Assembly: GCF_963853765.1 (NCBI RefSeq)
Contig: NC_088858.1
Location: forward strand, 310,001 to 374,000
Length of the DNA stretch: 64,000 nt
From: Magallana gigas
Taxonomy: Eukaryota
Direction: 5' to 3'
The notes beneath the pieces are model-generated. The model saw nothing but the letters and a program-made list of their open reading frames with translations. It was not told the origin of the DNA and did no database searches. This document shows, piece by piece, positions 63,422 through 64,000 of the stretch (position 1 is its first letter; the number at the start of each line of letters is the position of its first letter). The translations under genes and the position numbers were made by a program.

Positions 63422-64000
63422 TCTCCAGGAAGCCGTGGTGGCCGGAGACGAACAAAGGGTCAAGGACATTCTACAGACGTGCGATCCTCCAAAGGAACAA
63501 CTCAAGAGTTGTCTGTTCTTTGCTTGTGGGAGCGGGCGGACTAACTGTGCGGCGCTGATTCTGGAGAGCAGCCGACTCTCTCCCGACATCCATAATGACG
63601 AGGAGTTCACACTGCTCACCCTCTCCACACGCGGCGGTCACGCCTCAGTGGTGGACATGCTGTTACGTTGGGACGGTGACGTCAATTTGGCGGGACCAAT
63701 GGGGAACACACCCTTGCACTATGCGTGTAGCGAGGGATACATAGAATGTTGTCATATTTTACTAGCTGCAGGAGCTAATATCAACGCGAAGAATTCTCGT
63801 ATGGACACACCGTTGATCGTAGCAGCTGCAAACGGCCATCTTGGAATAGTTCGATTTCTCCTGGATAAAAACGCTTCTGTACGTCGCCGTGGTTACCACG
63901 ACAGAACGGCGCTTCATTGCGCCACAGAAAACGGTCATATAGAAATATGTCGCCTGCTTCTTGAAGCAAAAGCTGACCTTGAAGAAGAAGACACATTTGG
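63422..64000 (+). CDS. Ankyrin-repeat protein, large exon running off the window end
   Basis: After the acceptor ttctcttacag (phase 2) the frame reads LQEAVVAGDEQRVKDIL...GNTPLHYACSEGYIECCHILLAAGANINAKNSRMDTPLIVAAANGHLGIVRFLLDKNASV...RTALHCATENGHIEICRLLLEAKADLE with no stop. The ORF track missed it because it has no ATG. A phase-compatible first coding exon may be 62261-62295 (MFSSAKDQPCH|gtaagt). Confidence 0.92.

Noticed and set aside
1-64000. A novel multi-gene pathway or cluster linking HECTD1, ABCD4, the SLC25 carrier and neighbours
   Set aside because: These are functionally unrelated housekeeping genes, and nothing beyond adjacency supports a shared system.

Overview
This is AT-rich, intron-rich animal genomic DNA, most likely an oyster or related bivalve (inferred from the repeat families). 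It is not prokaryotic: no operons, CRISPR arrays, rRNA or intact tRNA genes were seen. Six genes were reconstructed by hand from splice sites and reading phase. (1) The 3' part of a single-pass membrane receptor-like gene (+, 1.2-14 kb) with two phase-compatible alternative cytoplasmic tails. (2) HECTD1 E3 ligase (-, 40 coding exons, about 2,436 aa). (3) ABCD4 cobalamin transporter (+, 17 exons, about 608 aa), head-to-head with HECTD1. (4) An SLC25A45-like mitochondrial carrier (+, 5 exons, about 314 aa). (5) An unrecognised basic 232-aa protein (-). (6) The start of an ankyrin-repeat gene (+). Introns and intergenic DNA carry many non-autonomous transposons (TA-flanked MITEs, TTAA-flanked Kolobok-like elements, a satellite-carrying Helentron with a nested MITE, long-hairpin elements), a Tc1 transposase relic and many minisatellites. 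The most striking pattern is that about ten minisatellites in three genes span an exon-intron junction and so multiply a real splice donor or acceptor 2-12 times. All coordinates are hand-counted, and repeat boundaries are approximate.
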